Virus record (IMG/VR): IMGVR_UViG_3300020048_000030
Reading direction: 5' to 3' (one strand)
Length of the DNA stretch: 64,000 bases
Source: an uncultured virus (IMG/VR IMGVR_UViG_3300020048_000030)
Lineage: Duplodnaviria; Heunggongvirae; Uroviricota; Caudoviricetes
This document shows, in pieces, positions 28,921 through 38,912 of the stretch (within the stretch, counting starts at the first letter, position 1; each line of letters begins with the position of its first letter). A program made the position numbers and the translations under genes. Below the pieces are notes generated by a model. It was not told the DNA's origin. It did not search any database and worked only from the letters and a program-made list of their open reading frames with translations.

Positions 28921-29312
28921 TCTTCTTCATACCCTTCTTCAAATAATTTTTTAATTTCTAAAGTACTAACTCCTTTTATTAACATATTTTGATCACTATT
29001 CATAAAGAAATTGAAAAAAGTTAATATGGATTGTTCTTCTTTTGTTAAATCCTTTTTTGTGTATTTTCTTATTTTTAATTCTCTTAAATGAACATTTAAT
29101 TGTTTAAAATCTTTTAATAATTCAACATTAATATCATGAAATGTATAAATAAATACAGGTGCACCATCAAGATTAGAATTACCAATATATTCTAAATCTG
29201 CTTTACAATCATCAGCAATCCATTTCATTGTATCAAAATCCCCATAATATTTAAATCTAAGATAATCTGTATCTTTTTGATAATTATGACCTAACATTCT
29301 TTTTATATTCAT
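28917..29312 (-). CDS. hypothetical protein
   Basis: ORF track. Confidence 0.65.
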   Translation of the reverse strand: MNIKRMLGHNYQKDTDYLRFKYYGDFDTMKWIADDCKADLEYIGNSNLDGAPVFIYTFHDINVELLKDFKQLNVHLRELKIRKYTKKDLTKEEQSILTFFNFFMNSDQNMLIKGVSTLEIKKLFEEGYEED

Positions 29313-29316
29313 ACAA

Positions 29317-31023
29317 TTAAGTTATTTTTAAATCTGAAAATAAATTCTTTTCAACTGATATTATTCTATCAAATATTTTAGAATCTACTTCTTCTAATCC
29401 ATGATGAACTAACATCAAATGTATTTTATTTTCTAATGCAAACTCTTTTAATAATGTCAATAATAAATTTATATTATCTTTTTGTACAGATTGGAAAACT
29501 TCATCCATAAAAAGTATATTTATATTTTTTATTTTTCTTACCATCTGAATATAAGATATTGCAATACATATATTTAACATTCTTATCTCACCATTAGATG
29601 ACATTTCCGGATGTGTTAATTCAGTCCTATCAAATATATCAGCATTAAAATTTTCATTCAATGAAACTTCATATGGGAAATTAATATGTTTTAATAATTT
29701 TTTTAAATTATCATTAATAGGTGGTATTAATGATGCTATTATATTTTTTCTTGCACCATTATCACCTAATATAGTAGTTAATCTTATAAGACTTTCATTA
29801 TCATTATTTATTACATTAATTCTTTCTGTTTTTTCTTTCTTACTTTTTATTAAATTTACACCTTTTTCTTTTATATCATTTATTAATTTAGATTTATCAT
29901 CATCAAAATTATCATATTTATCTTTTAACATTTTAGCTTCTGCCTTTATATCAATGAATTCTTCTTCTAAATTATCTTGACTACTTTCTAAAACCCTTGA
30001 TTGTGAACTTAAATTAGATATTAAATCTCTATAATAACCAATCTTACCATTATTTTCTAATATTTTATCTGTTAATAAAATATCTTCTTCTTTTAATTTT
30101 TCTAATATTTTAGTATGGTCATGTGATGATAACTCAGTATCACAATATGGACATTGACCATTTTCATATATTTTTATTTTATTCTTAATTTCATTTAATT
30201 CAGTCCTTCTTTGTATATTTTCTGTTTCTAATCCAGATATTTCATTCCTATTCTTTTGAATATCAACTTGAAAATCTGAAATCTTATCCTTAACATTTTT
30301 AATTTCAGTTTGTTTTAATGTAAATTTTTCTTTTACTTTTAATAAATCATTTTTAATATCTTCTTTTGATGTATATGAATTATCTTCTACTTTATTATCT
30401 CTAATAATTTTCATATAATCTTTTAGTTCACTATCAATTACAAGTATCTCCTGTGAAATTCTTGATAGTTCTTTTTTATTCTGATTTATAAACTCCTTAG
30501 TAATAGATAAATAATCATCAATATCTTCAAGATTAAATAATCTATTTAGTAAATTTCTCTTATCTTCTGGTTTCAAATGTATAAAATTAAGAAAGTCATT
30601 CATACTCATTGATATAAAAGATTTAAATGTCTGATAATTAAAACCAATTATATCTTCCTTTTCAGTATCACTTAATATCTTAAACCTTTCAGTATATGGT
30701 TCTTGATTTAATGTCATTTCAAAATCATTTGGTGAAATCATTCGTTTCATTTTAATTAAATCATTATTATAATTAAAAAATTCAACTTCAACTTCTAAAT
30801 TATTATTAAGCCGATTTGGAAAATATTTTAATGGAATTTTTGCAGAATCTTTTCCCCTTACTTGATTGAAAATTACAAGATCAATTGCATTTTGTATAAC
30901 ACTTTTTCCACTTCCGTTTGTTCCTGTAATCAAAATTAATCCACCCTTTTTATCAAATGTTATCTCCTGAATCTTATTCCCATAAGATTGCATATTCCTA
31001 AATTTTAACTTTTTAATTATCAT
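29317..31023 (-). CDS. SbcC/Rad50/T4 gp46-like recombination endonuclease ATPase subunit
   Basis: Walker A GTNGSGKS, zinc hook CPYC, signature SSNGE, Walker B LFMDEVF, coiled coil. Confidence 0.92.
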   Translation of the reverse strand: MIIKKLKFRNMQSYGNKIQEITFDKKGGLILITGTNGSGKSVIQNAIDLVIFNQVRGKDSAKIPLKYFPNRLNNNLEVEVEFFNYNNDLIKMKRMISPNDFEMTLNQEPYTERFKILSDTEKEDIIGFNYQTFKSFISMSMNDFLNFIHLKPEDKRNLLNRLFNLEDIDDYLSITKEFINQNKKELSRISQEILVIDSELKDYMKIIRDNKVEDNSYTSKEDIKNDLLKVKEKFTLKQTEIKNVKDKISDFQVDIQKNRNEISGLETENIQRRTELNEIKNKIKIYENGQCPYCDTELSSHDHTKILEKLKEEDILLTDKILENNGKIGYYRDLISNLSSQSRVLESSQDNLEEEFIDIKAEAKMLKDKYDNFDDDKSKLINDIKEKGVNLIKSKKEKTERINVINNDNESLIRLTTILGDNGARKNIIASLIPPINDNLKKLLKHINFPYEVSLNENFNADIFDRTELTHPEMSSNGEIRMLNICIAISYIQMVRKIKNINILFMDEVFQSVQKDNINLLLTLLKEFALENKIHLMLVHHGLEEVDSKIFDRIISVEKNLFSDLKIT

Positions 31024-31108
31024 AACTTATTATATAAATAAAATATATTTTTGTTTATTTAAAACTATTTTTAATATTTTATATATAAGAATAAACAAAC
31101 TTAAACAA

Positions 31109-31246
31109 ATGATAAAAATTGTAAACTATTCCATTGATGAAGAAATATTAAAAGAATTTAATATGTTAGCAAAAGAAAATTGCTTAAATAAATCAAAGTA
31201 TATAGAAAAATCTATGTCTGATTATATTTTAAAAAATAAAAAGTAA
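31109..31246 (+). CDS. ribbon-helix-helix protein (45 aa; not in ORF track)
   Basis: MIKIVNYSIDEEILKEFNMLAKENCLNKSKYIEKSM; stop 3 nt before the endonuclease ATG. Confidence 0.75.
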   Translation: MIKIVNYSIDEEILKEFNMLAKENCLNKSKYIEKSMSDYILKNKK

Positions 31247-31249
31247 TTT

Positions 31250-32539
31250 ATGTCAACTAAAAGAAAAACAACTGAACAATTTATTGTAGATGCTAAAAAA
31301 GTTCATGGGGATAGATATGATTATTCTTTAGTGGATTATAAAAATAGTTCATCTAAAATTAAAATTATATGTAAAGAACATGGTGTGTTTAAACAGACAC
31401 CAAATTCACATTTACGTGGAAGAAAATGTCCTATCTGTTATGGTACACATAAAAACACAACAGAAGAATTTGTAATTAATGCAAATTTGATTCATAAAAA
31501 TAAATATGATTATTCATTAGTTAATTACATTACTAATAAAATTAAAGTTGAAATTATATGTAAAGAACATGGTGTGTTTAAACAGACACCAAATTCACAT
31601 TTACGTGGAAGAAAATGTCCTACTTGTAGTTTATTAGAAAGTGGAACAAAAAGAACTAAAACAACTGTAGAATTTATTGAAGATGCTAAAAAAATTTATG
31701 GAAATAAATATGATTATTCTTTGGTTGATTATATTCATAATAGAAAAAATGTTATAATTATTTGTAAAGAACATGGTAAGTTTGAACAAACACCAAGTCA
31801 ACATTTAAGAAATATAAACTGTCCTTGTTGTTCTAATAGTAAAAAATCAAATACTAAAGAATTTATTGAAAAATCAAATAAAATACATAACAATGCTTAT
31901 GATTATTCTTTAGTAGACTATAAACATAGTGAAAAAGAAGTTATAATTATTTGTAAAGAACATGGTGAATTTAAACAAATACCTTATTTACATCTAAAAG
32001 GACATAAATGTAAAAAATGTAATGGTTATGATATATTAAATACTGATGATTTTATAAAAAAAGCAAAAAAAATACATAATGATAAATATGATTATTCTTT
32101 AGTTGATTATAAAAATTCTGAAATAAAGATAAAAATAATATGTGAAAAACACGGTGAATTTCCACAGTCACCAAAAAATCATATTTATAATAAACAAGGA
32201 TGTCCTATTTGTAATATTAATAAAAATGAATTATTAATAAAAAATAATTTAGATAAAAATAATATTAAATACGAACATCAAAAATCATTTGATGGATGTG
32301 AATATGTAAAACCTTTACGATTTGATTTTTATCTACCTAAATATAATACTTGTATTGAATTTGATGGAATTCAACATTACATTCCAATTGAATTTTTTGG
32401 TGGTGATAATGCCTTAAAATTACAAAAAATTAAAGATAAAATCAAAACAGATTATTGTATAAATAATAATATTAAATTAATCAGAATAAAATATGATGAA
32501 AATATAGAAGAAAAATTAAATTTTATCTTTTCATTATAA
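31250..32539 (+). CDS. zinc-repeat (DUF723-like, 5 repeats) + PD-(D/E)xK/Vsr-like putative homing endonuclease
   Basis: YDYSLVxY..IICxxHG.F.Q.P..H...CPxC repeats; C-terminal FDFYLP..CIEFDGIQH. Confidence 0.85.
   Translation: MSTKRKTTEQFIVDAKKVHGDRYDYSLVDYKNSSSKIKIICKEHGVFKQTPNSHLRGRKCPICYGTHKNTTEEFVINANLIHKNKYDYSLVNYITNKIKVEIICKEHGVFKQTPNSHLRGRKCPTCSLLESGTKRTKTTVEFIEDAKKIYGNKYDYSLVDYIHNRKNVIIICKEHGKFEQTPSQHLRNINCPCCSNSKKSNTKEFIEKSNKIHNNAYDYSLVDYKHSEKEVIIICKEHGEFKQIPYLHLKGHKCKKCNGYDILNTDDFIKKAKKIHNDKYDYSLVDYKNSEIKIKIICEKHGEFPQSPKNHIYNKQGCPICNINKNELLIKNNLDKNNIKYEHQKSFDGCEYVKPLRFDFYLPKYNTCIEFDGIQHYIPIEFFGGDNALKLQKIKDKIKTDYCINNNIKLIRIKYDENIEEKLNFIFSL
31362..31622 (+). repeat. 72-bp perfect direct repeat (31362-31433 / 31551-31622) within the endonuclease
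   Basis: AAATTATATGTAAAGAACATGG...AAAATGTCCTA identical in both copies, 189 bp apart. Confidence 0.9.
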
Positions 32540-33407
32540 AGAATGAACTATTTGGACTAGTTGCTTTAACTGCTTCTTCTGTTTTAGTTAGTAATTCTTG
32601 TCCTTGTGAAATTACATCACTGGCATTATAGTTGAACCCACCAGGCAAATTAAAAGTCAATCTACCTAAAGCCTCTCCTAAACGTATTCTACCTAAAGCT
32701 GTTACGTAATCCTTAAAAAGTTGGTTATTGAACACCTCTTCCTGTTCAATTCTAACATAAACTTCTAACATAAAATCACACCTAACTTCATCTAATATAT
32801 GTAGTCTATGATTAACTGGATTATAACTATACTTAGTATAATTTCTACTCATTTTATTTATCTCATCACTAAAAGCTGAAAGTATCTGTCTGTAAACCCC
32901 TAATTCCCCTACATTAGTTACAAAAGATGTAAGATATGGTTGATTTGTGACACCAAAGTTAATTGATAAATTAGGAGCTTGAACACCAATTCTAAATAAA
33001 CTTGGATCATTAATTTCAGTAATTCTTACTACATTTTCTACTTCTTCTGGTAGTATTATATAACCAAGTCTTGTAAATTGTTCATGTTTAAGAAAATTTT
33101 TATCTAATTTAAAATAAGATTTCATTACTGCAAATTGATAATTTTTATAGAACCATTCTAATGCCTTTTCTTTTATAAGTCTTAAAATTTCACCATCTGG
33201 TAACACTTTAGGCATAAGTCCACTAAAAGTAAGGTCTGCTTGAACATAATCAACTATCATTTCAATAGTCATTCTATCATTATTTAATTGATAATTTTCT
33301 TGATACCCTTTATAATATTGTTGTGTTTTATCGTTAGCATTTATATATTGATTATCATTACTGTCATTGGCTACACCAAAATTATAATTATTTACATTTC
33401 TTGCCAT
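32523..33407 (-). CDS. T4 gp13-like neck protein
   Basis: ALEWFY...; LFKDYVTALGRIRLGEALGRLTFNLPGGFNYNASDVISQG resembles the gp13 C-terminus. Confidence 0.75.
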   Translation of the reverse strand: MARNVNNYNFGVANDSNDNQYINANDKTQQYYKGYQENYQLNNDRMTIEMIVDYVQADLTFSGLMPKVLPDGEILRLIKEKALEWFYKNYQFAVMKSYFKLDKNFLKHEQFTRLGYIILPEEVENVVRITEINDPSLFRIGVQAPNLSINFGVTNQPYLTSFVTNVGELGVYRQILSAFSDEINKMSRNYTKYSYNPVNHRLHILDEVRCDFMLEVYVRIEQEEVFNNQLFKDYVTALGRIRLGEALGRLTFNLPGGFNYNASDVISQGQELLTKTEEAVKATSPNSSFFIMKR

Positions 33408-33475
33408 TAGTGTTATTATTTTTTATTTATATATTAAAATTTAATATATAGAAATATAAATAAATTTTTTAACTT

Positions 33476-35077
33476 ATGCAAAAATTATTAAAACATAATC
33501 AATTCCTATCTAATTTAATATTAGAACAAATAGAAAGTGGTGAATTACCATTTAAATTATCTTATAGATTAAATGTATTGTTACAAAAAATTAATCATAA
33601 AATAAGTGATAAATTAATAAGTAGTAATAATAATGACTTATCTTCTAAATTTACCTTAATTGATTATGATGACAATGATATTGACATGTTTACTTATGCA
33701 ACATCGTCTAAAATAATAGAATTTATAACACAAAAAACATTATCAGATGAAATTAGTATGAATATAAATTATTTCCATAGAAGTTCTGATATTGGTTTAG
33801 ATAATTTAATATGGAAACAAAACAGGACACCAATTAGAATTGGTAGATTTATCAATAAATTATATCCTAATACTTTTGTAAATGCAGGTAAACCAGGTGA
33901 AGATATTGAATCATTTACAGATGCATTAAAAACAGAAAGAACAAAAGATATGGGTATTTTTAGAATTGTAGAAGGAGAAGATATTGTTAAATATTATAAT
34001 GTTAATATGTATGAAAGTAACGGAAATGGGTCTTCATTATATGGTTCTTGTATGTCTTATAGTAAATGTTCACCATATATTGGTTTTTATGCAAAGAATA
34101 AAGGAGTTAAACTTGTAATATTAATGTCAGAAAATGAAGAAGATAAAATAATTGGTAGAGCATTATTATGGGATATTATTGAAATTGATGGTGAAGAAGT
34201 TGATAGAAAATTTATGGATAGAATTTATGTTATTAAATCACAGGAAATGGGTAAATTTAAAGAATTAGCTAGAAAAAATAATTGGTTATATAAAAAAACA
34301 CAGGATATGTGGTCAGACACAGAAATAGTTGATCCTAAAGATAGTTCAACTAAACACAGAACTATTGTTATTAATAACATAGAATCACACAATTCATATC
34401 CTTATATGGATACCTTGAAATATTATAGTATAGATGATGGTTTTTTATCTAACAGTAAAAATATAGAACATAACTGTATTTTAGAATCAACTGATGGTGG
34501 ATTTTATGATATTAATGATGAAACTTATTATGTTTATAGTATTTATCATAATGGGGTAATAAATACAAATGATATGATTTGGAGTGATACAGAAAATAGA
34601 TATATAGCAACTGATGAGTCAGTATATTCAAATGATTTATCTGAATGGGTTTCAATGGAATATGCAGAAGAAAATTGGACATACTCAGAAAAAGAAGATG
34701 ATTGGTTTGATAATAATAATATAGTTTATATCACTAGTGAAGATTGTCATGTATCACAAAATTATGCAGACCAACATTATATAGAATCTTCTTATGATTA
34801 TGAATGGTATAGTCATGAAGATGGTCTACCTTCTGAAAAATGGGGAATAGTGCCTATTGAAAATAGTATCCGTGTTATAACATCAGATGATATTAATCTT
34901 GATGAACTTAATGATGAAGATGATGATTTTGATAATAGTTCTATTATAGATAATAGATGGAAAAAAGATGGAACATATTTCACTATATATGATCCTATAA
35001 GAAAAAGAGAATGGAATTTCGATATTTTACTTATAAATAGTCCAATTATAGAAAAAATTAAAAAAGGGGTTGTTTAA
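33476..35077 (+). CDS. SCM/GRALxW/FMDRIY family protein, paralog 4
   Basis: GKPGEDIESF, GSCM, IIGRALLW, FMDRIY, YPYMDT. Confidence 0.8.
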   Translation: MQKLLKHNQFLSNLILEQIESGELPFKLSYRLNVLLQKINHKISDKLISSNNNDLSSKFTLIDYDDNDIDMFTYATSSKIIEFITQKTLSDEISMNINYFHRSSDIGLDNLIWKQNRTPIRIGRFINKLYPNTFVNAGKPGEDIESFTDALKTERTKDMGIFRIVEGEDIVKYYNVNMYESNGNGSSLYGSCMSYSKCSPYIGFYAKNKGVKLVILMSENEEDKIIGRALLWDIIEIDGEEVDRKFMDRIYVIKSQEMGKFKELARKNNWLYKKTQDMWSDTEIVDPKDSSTKHRTIVINNIESHNSYPYMDTLKYYSIDDGFLSNSKNIEHNCILESTDGGFYDINDETYYVYSIYHNGVINTNDMIWSDTENRYIATDESVYSNDLSEWVSMEYAEENWTYSEKEDDWFDNNNIVYITSEDCHVSQNYADQHYIESSYDYEWYSHEDGLPSEKWGIVPIENSIRVITSDDINLDELNDEDDDFDNSSIIDNRWKKDGTYFTIYDPIRKREWNFDILLINSPIIEKIKKGVV

Positions 35078-35088
35078 AAACCCCTTTT
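35061..35088. terminator. bidirectional intrinsic terminator
   Basis: AAAAGGGGTT...AACCCCTTTT between convergent genes. Confidence 0.75.
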
Positions 35089-35096
35089 ATTTTTAT

Positions 35097-35738
35097 TTAT
35101 TTTCTTATTTTTATTTTTTCATATTCACCCATTAGATTTTCCATTTTAACTGATTTAGACATACGATAATTAGTTGCAGAATAAGAAACTGCGGAATATG
35201 CATCTTCTAAACCTACTGAACTATTAGTAAATGCATATGAATTTCCTTTTGAAATACCAATTGTTTCTGCAGTTAATGATGCATTCTCATCTGCTCCTAA
35301 AAATACAAATTCCCAATTAAAATCTTCCTTCATTTCACCAATTAATTTTTTGATTTGTTCTTTATTAAAAGATTTACTTGAATTTTCAAAACCATCTGTT
35401 AATATAACACATAATGTTTTTTCTGGTCTTTCTTCAACTGGTAAATTACCCAATTTATCAATTTCATTTGTAATTGTTTTTCCAATTGCATCATATAATG
35501 CAGTCATTGAAGAAGGTACATAATTATTCTTATCTAAGAAATTACAATTTTGAATATCCATATCTTCATATAACATATTATAATTACTATTAAATAAAAC
35601 AGTTGAAACTAATGCTTCACCTTCAACTTTCTTTTGTTCCATTAAAAATTCATTAAAACCATTTATTGCAGTATCTATCATTGAACCCATTGAACTGGAT
35701 TTATCTATAATATTTATTATTTTTATATAATTTTTCAT
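35097..35738 (-). CDS. von Willebrand factor A domain protein
   Basis: MIDAS DKSSSM, TALYDAI, ILTDGFENSS, WEFVFLGA. Confidence 0.88.
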   Translation of the reverse strand: MKNYIKIINIIDKSSSMGSMIDTAINGFNEFLMEQKKVEGEALVSTVLFNSNYNMLYEDMDIQNCNFLDKNNYVPSSMTALYDAIGKTITNEIDKLGNLPVEERPEKTLCVILTDGFENSSKSFNKEQIKKLIGEMKEDFNWEFVFLGADENASLTAETIGISKGNSYAFTNSSVGLEDAYSAVSYSATNYRMSKSVKMENLMGEYEKIKIRK

Positions 35739-35773
35739 TTTATTTATTATTATTTTTTATAATTATTTGATAA

Positions 35774-36628
35774 TTAAATCTTTACACCACATTTCGGACA
35801 ATACAACCAATTATTATTTCTTATTCTATAAGAACATTGTGTACAATAATCTCTTACTTCTTTAGTATAAGAATTTTTTTCTGACATTGGTTTAAGATTG
35901 TACATAATAGTATGAAATGCATATGATTGAAATTGAATATCAACTGCTTTAAAACCTTGATTTGATTGTCCACCTTTTTCAACTCTACCAGTTTCTTTTA
36001 AAGATTTTTTAAATCTTTTTGTTGATTTTATTTCTGGTTGTGGATCAGATACAAAACTTAAATCTGATTCAGATGCATAAATACCAGGTGATTTAAACAT
36101 ACCACTAGTATTAGTACTACTAAGAAATACATTATTAGTGGTTATAGTTGAACCTTGACCACCTGCAAAACCAGGTGTATTAGATATATTAATATTTCCA
36201 TAAGGATAAGTAGCACCCATGCCTTGTAAATTGTACAATGTAGCATAATCATGTGTAATTTGTTCTTTGAAAAATCTAAGTTCAATTTTTCCATTGTTAG
36301 CAACTGCATTTTTAGCAGCTTGGTTTCCATCATCATACTTATATGTTTCAAATAGCATCTTACGTTGTTCATCAAGAAATCTATCAACAACAACGTCTTC
36401 TCCTGGATTTAAAACTAATAAGTTTTGTGAAGTTTTACCATTAATTGATACTTGTGCACCAATTTTTTCTTGTAAAGGATTAAATAAACGGATTTGAAAT
36501 TCATCTCCATTGTTAAGGAAAATGTCATTTCCTTGATAAGTTTTTAGTTCATCTAATGAACTTGTGCGAGGATTCCTAGCAAGGATAATAGCCGACGGCA
36601 TATTATCCGTTAAACGGTAATGTGTCAT
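35774..36628 (-). CDS. hypothetical protein with C-terminal zinc ribbon
   Basis: YCTQC...YCPKCG; low-complexity middle region. Confidence 0.7.
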   Translation of the reverse strand: MTHYRLTDNMPSAIILARNPRTSSLDELKTYQGNDIFLNNGDEFQIRLFNPLQEKIGAQVSINGKTSQNLLVLNPGEDVVVDRFLDEQRKMLFETYKYDDGNQAAKNAVANNGKIELRFFKEQITHDYATLYNLQGMGATYPYGNINISNTPGFAGGQGSTITTNNVFLSSTNTSGMFKSPGIYASESDLSFVSDPQPEIKSTKRFKKSLKETGRVEKGGQSNQGFKAVDIQFQSYAFHTIMYNLKPMSEKNSYTKEVRDYCTQCSYRIRNNNWLYCPKCGVKI

Positions 36629-36765
36629 AATTTTTTATTATTTTTTATTTTTGAGTTGCAAATTTCTTCTTTGCCTTTTGACAAATAAAAGCCTTAAAAA
36701 AGACTCGAAACCAACAAAACCAAAATTATACTACTATATATTTAAAATATAAAACCAAATTTATG

Positions 36766-36945
36766 TTATTTTTTCCATAATATAGATTTTATTTTTAATT
36801 CACAACCATCTCTATATTTTTTAGAAACTTCTTCTATTAATTCATCAACAGCATCTGCATATTTATTAGATGTTGATTGAAAAAAACCATCATATCTAGT
36901 ATCTATACTTTCTATATGATAACTAAATCCTATTAATTTTGTCAT
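36766..36945 (-). CDS. small hypothetical protein (59 aa; not in ORF track)
   Basis: Manual translation MTKLIGFSYHIESIDTRYDGFF... Confidence 0.55.
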   Translation of the reverse strand: MTKLIGFSYHIESIDTRYDGFFQSTSNKYADAVDELIEEVSKKYRDGCELKIKSILWKK

Positions 36946-36952
36946 TTATTCC

Positions 36953-37435
36953 TTATTTATTTTTTATAATATTCCTAACTTCCATTAGAGTTTTTCCTAA
37001 TAAATTTAAACCTTTCCAATTTTTTTCATTAAGTATATTATCATCTTCCCAATGTAATCCAACACCCCAAATTTTATCATAAGGTGATGCTTCAACCAAT
37101 ATTTTTGGTTCTGTTTTAAGTAAAATATTTTTTAATTTATCAGTAGATGTCCATTTACAAATATTAATATCAATCATAATTTTATATGATACTTCTTTCC
37201 ATTTAATTACATCAAAATTTTTAACTTCTCTACCTAATTGTTTATTCCTTCTTGGATTTGGTTCATTTAATATTTCTTCCGCAGTTAATATATCACCAAA
37301 ATACATTGCCTTTTCCCACATAAAAGCTTGTTCACTATTACTAAATAAATGTCCTTTATATTTAAAATTACAATAATACCAATTTGATAATTCACCATTC
37401 CAAAAATAAATATGTGTATTTGTTATTCTTTCCAT
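36953..37435 (-). CDS. NADAR (YbiA-like) family protein
   Basis: LSNWY, SEQAFMWEKA, LGREVKNF, LVEASPYDKIWGVG, GLNLLGKTLMEVR. Confidence 0.92.
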   Translation of the reverse strand: MERITNTHIYFWNGELSNWYYCNFKYKGHLFSNSEQAFMWEKAMYFGDILTAEEILNEPNPRRNKQLGREVKNFDVIKWKEVSYKIMIDINICKWTSTDKLKNILLKTEPKILVEASPYDKIWGVGLHWEDDNILNEKNWKGLNLLGKTLMEVRNIIKNK

Positions 37436-37437
37436 TT

Positions 37438-37938
37438 TTATGCTAATTTTTTATTTTTTATTAAATTTCTTATAAATGCATTTTTTTTACCACCTATACT
37501 TTTTTCCCAATCTTCATATTTTCTATATTGAACATCATATGGTGTACCTTCTGGTGATATATAAATTATTTCATTTTCTATAAAATCTGGATATGTTTCA
37601 TAATCCCATACTCTTTCATCTGCTAAAAAACATATAGCAGTTAATGCAGAATTAATATCAGGTTCATAAAATACTGAATGATGAATTCCATTGTTTTTAA
37701 TTTCCCTATAAATTTCATTCATTGTTCCAAGTGGATTTCCTAAATGTCCATCATTAGATGTACCACCATTCAATACTATCCAAGTTTTATCATAAGTAAA
37801 AAAACTTTTATAATCTTCTTCATTATGATATTTCCAATCATATTCTTCAGAAGCATGACCTGCTTGTATCATCTTTTGTTTATCTGATAAATTATAAGGA
37901 ACAAAACAGTACTTTTTATATTTTAATCTTTTTTCCAT
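37438..37938 (-). CDS. peptidyl-tRNA hydrolase 2-like protein
   Basis: LSDKQKMIQAGHA, TWIVL, FYEPDINSALTAICF. Confidence 0.65.
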   Translation of the reverse strand: MEKRLKYKKYCFVPYNLSDKQKMIQAGHASEEYDWKYHNEEDYKSFFTYDKTWIVLNGGTSNDGHLGNPLGTMNEIYREIKNNGIHHSVFYEPDINSALTAICFLADERVWDYETYPDFIENEIIYISPEGTPYDVQYRKYEDWEKSIGGKKNAFIRNLIKNKKLA

Positions 37939-38024
37939 AATTTTAATTTATTTCTAATTTATTAAATATATTTATATCATATTAAAATGAAAGTTTTTAA
38001 TATATAAAATAAAAATAATTTTTA

Positions 38025-38912
38025 ATGCCAAAAAGAAAAACAACAGAACAATTTATTAATGATGCCAAAAAAATACACAATAATGAATATGATTATTCAT
38101 TAGTAAATTATAAAAATAATAAAATTCAAATAGAAATAATATGTTCTATACATGGTATATTTCTACAAAGACCAAGTGATCACTTATCAGGATGTAAATG
38201 TCCTTATTGTTATGGAACACCAAAGAAAACAAACGACCAAATTAAAAAAGATTTTTTAAAAATACATAATAATCAATATGATTATTCATTAGTAGATTAT
38301 AATGGTGTTTTCACTAAAATAAAAATAAAATGTACCAAATGTAATAATATATTTGAACAAACACCACACGATCATCTTAAAGGTCAAGGTTGTCCAAAAT
38401 GTATAGGTAAAAATAGAAGTATTGATGAATTAAAAAATATATTAAATAATATACATAATAATAAATATAACTATGAATTATTAGATAATACAAATACTAA
38501 AATAAAATATAAAATAGTATGTCCTATTCATGGTGAATTTTTACAATACCTATATCACCATATAAATGGTGAAGGTTGTCCAAAATGTAATGAATCAAAA
38601 GGTGAAAAAGAAATAAGAAATATATTAGAAAAAAATAATATAAAATATGAGTCACAAAAAACATTTCCTAACTGTAAACATAAACAATTGTTGAAATTTG
38701 ATTTTTATTTACCTAACCATAACATAATAATTGAATATGATGGTGAACAACATTTTAAACCAAATAATTTTTTTGGTGGTGATGAATCATTTAAAAATAC
38801 CCAAATAAGGGATAATATTAAAAATGAATACTGTAAACAAAAAAATATAAATTTGTTAAGAATAAAATATGATGAAAAAATAATTGATAAACTATCCCAA
38901 TTCTTTTTCTAA
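38025..38912 (+). CDS. zinc-repeat (3) + PD-(D/E)xK putative homing endonuclease
   Basis: Same architecture as 31250; ESKGEKEI, FDFYLP, IEYDGEQH. Confidence 0.85.
   Translation: MPKRKTTEQFINDAKKIHNNEYDYSLVNYKNNKIQIEIICSIHGIFLQRPSDHLSGCKCPYCYGTPKKTNDQIKKDFLKIHNNQYDYSLVDYNGVFTKIKIKCTKCNNIFEQTPHDHLKGQGCPKCIGKNRSIDELKNILNNIHNNKYNYELLDNTNTKIKYKIVCPIHGEFLQYLYHHINGEGCPKCNESKGEKEIRNILEKNNIKYESQKTFPNCKHKQLLKFDFYLPNHNIIIEYDGEQHFKPNNFFGGDESFKNTQIRDNIKNEYCKQKNINLLRIKYDEKIIDKLSQFFF

Noticed and set aside
15161..34176. Diversity-generating retroelement TR/VR pair
   Set aside because: The repeat copies are identical rather than adenine-mutated, and no reverse transcriptase is present in the window
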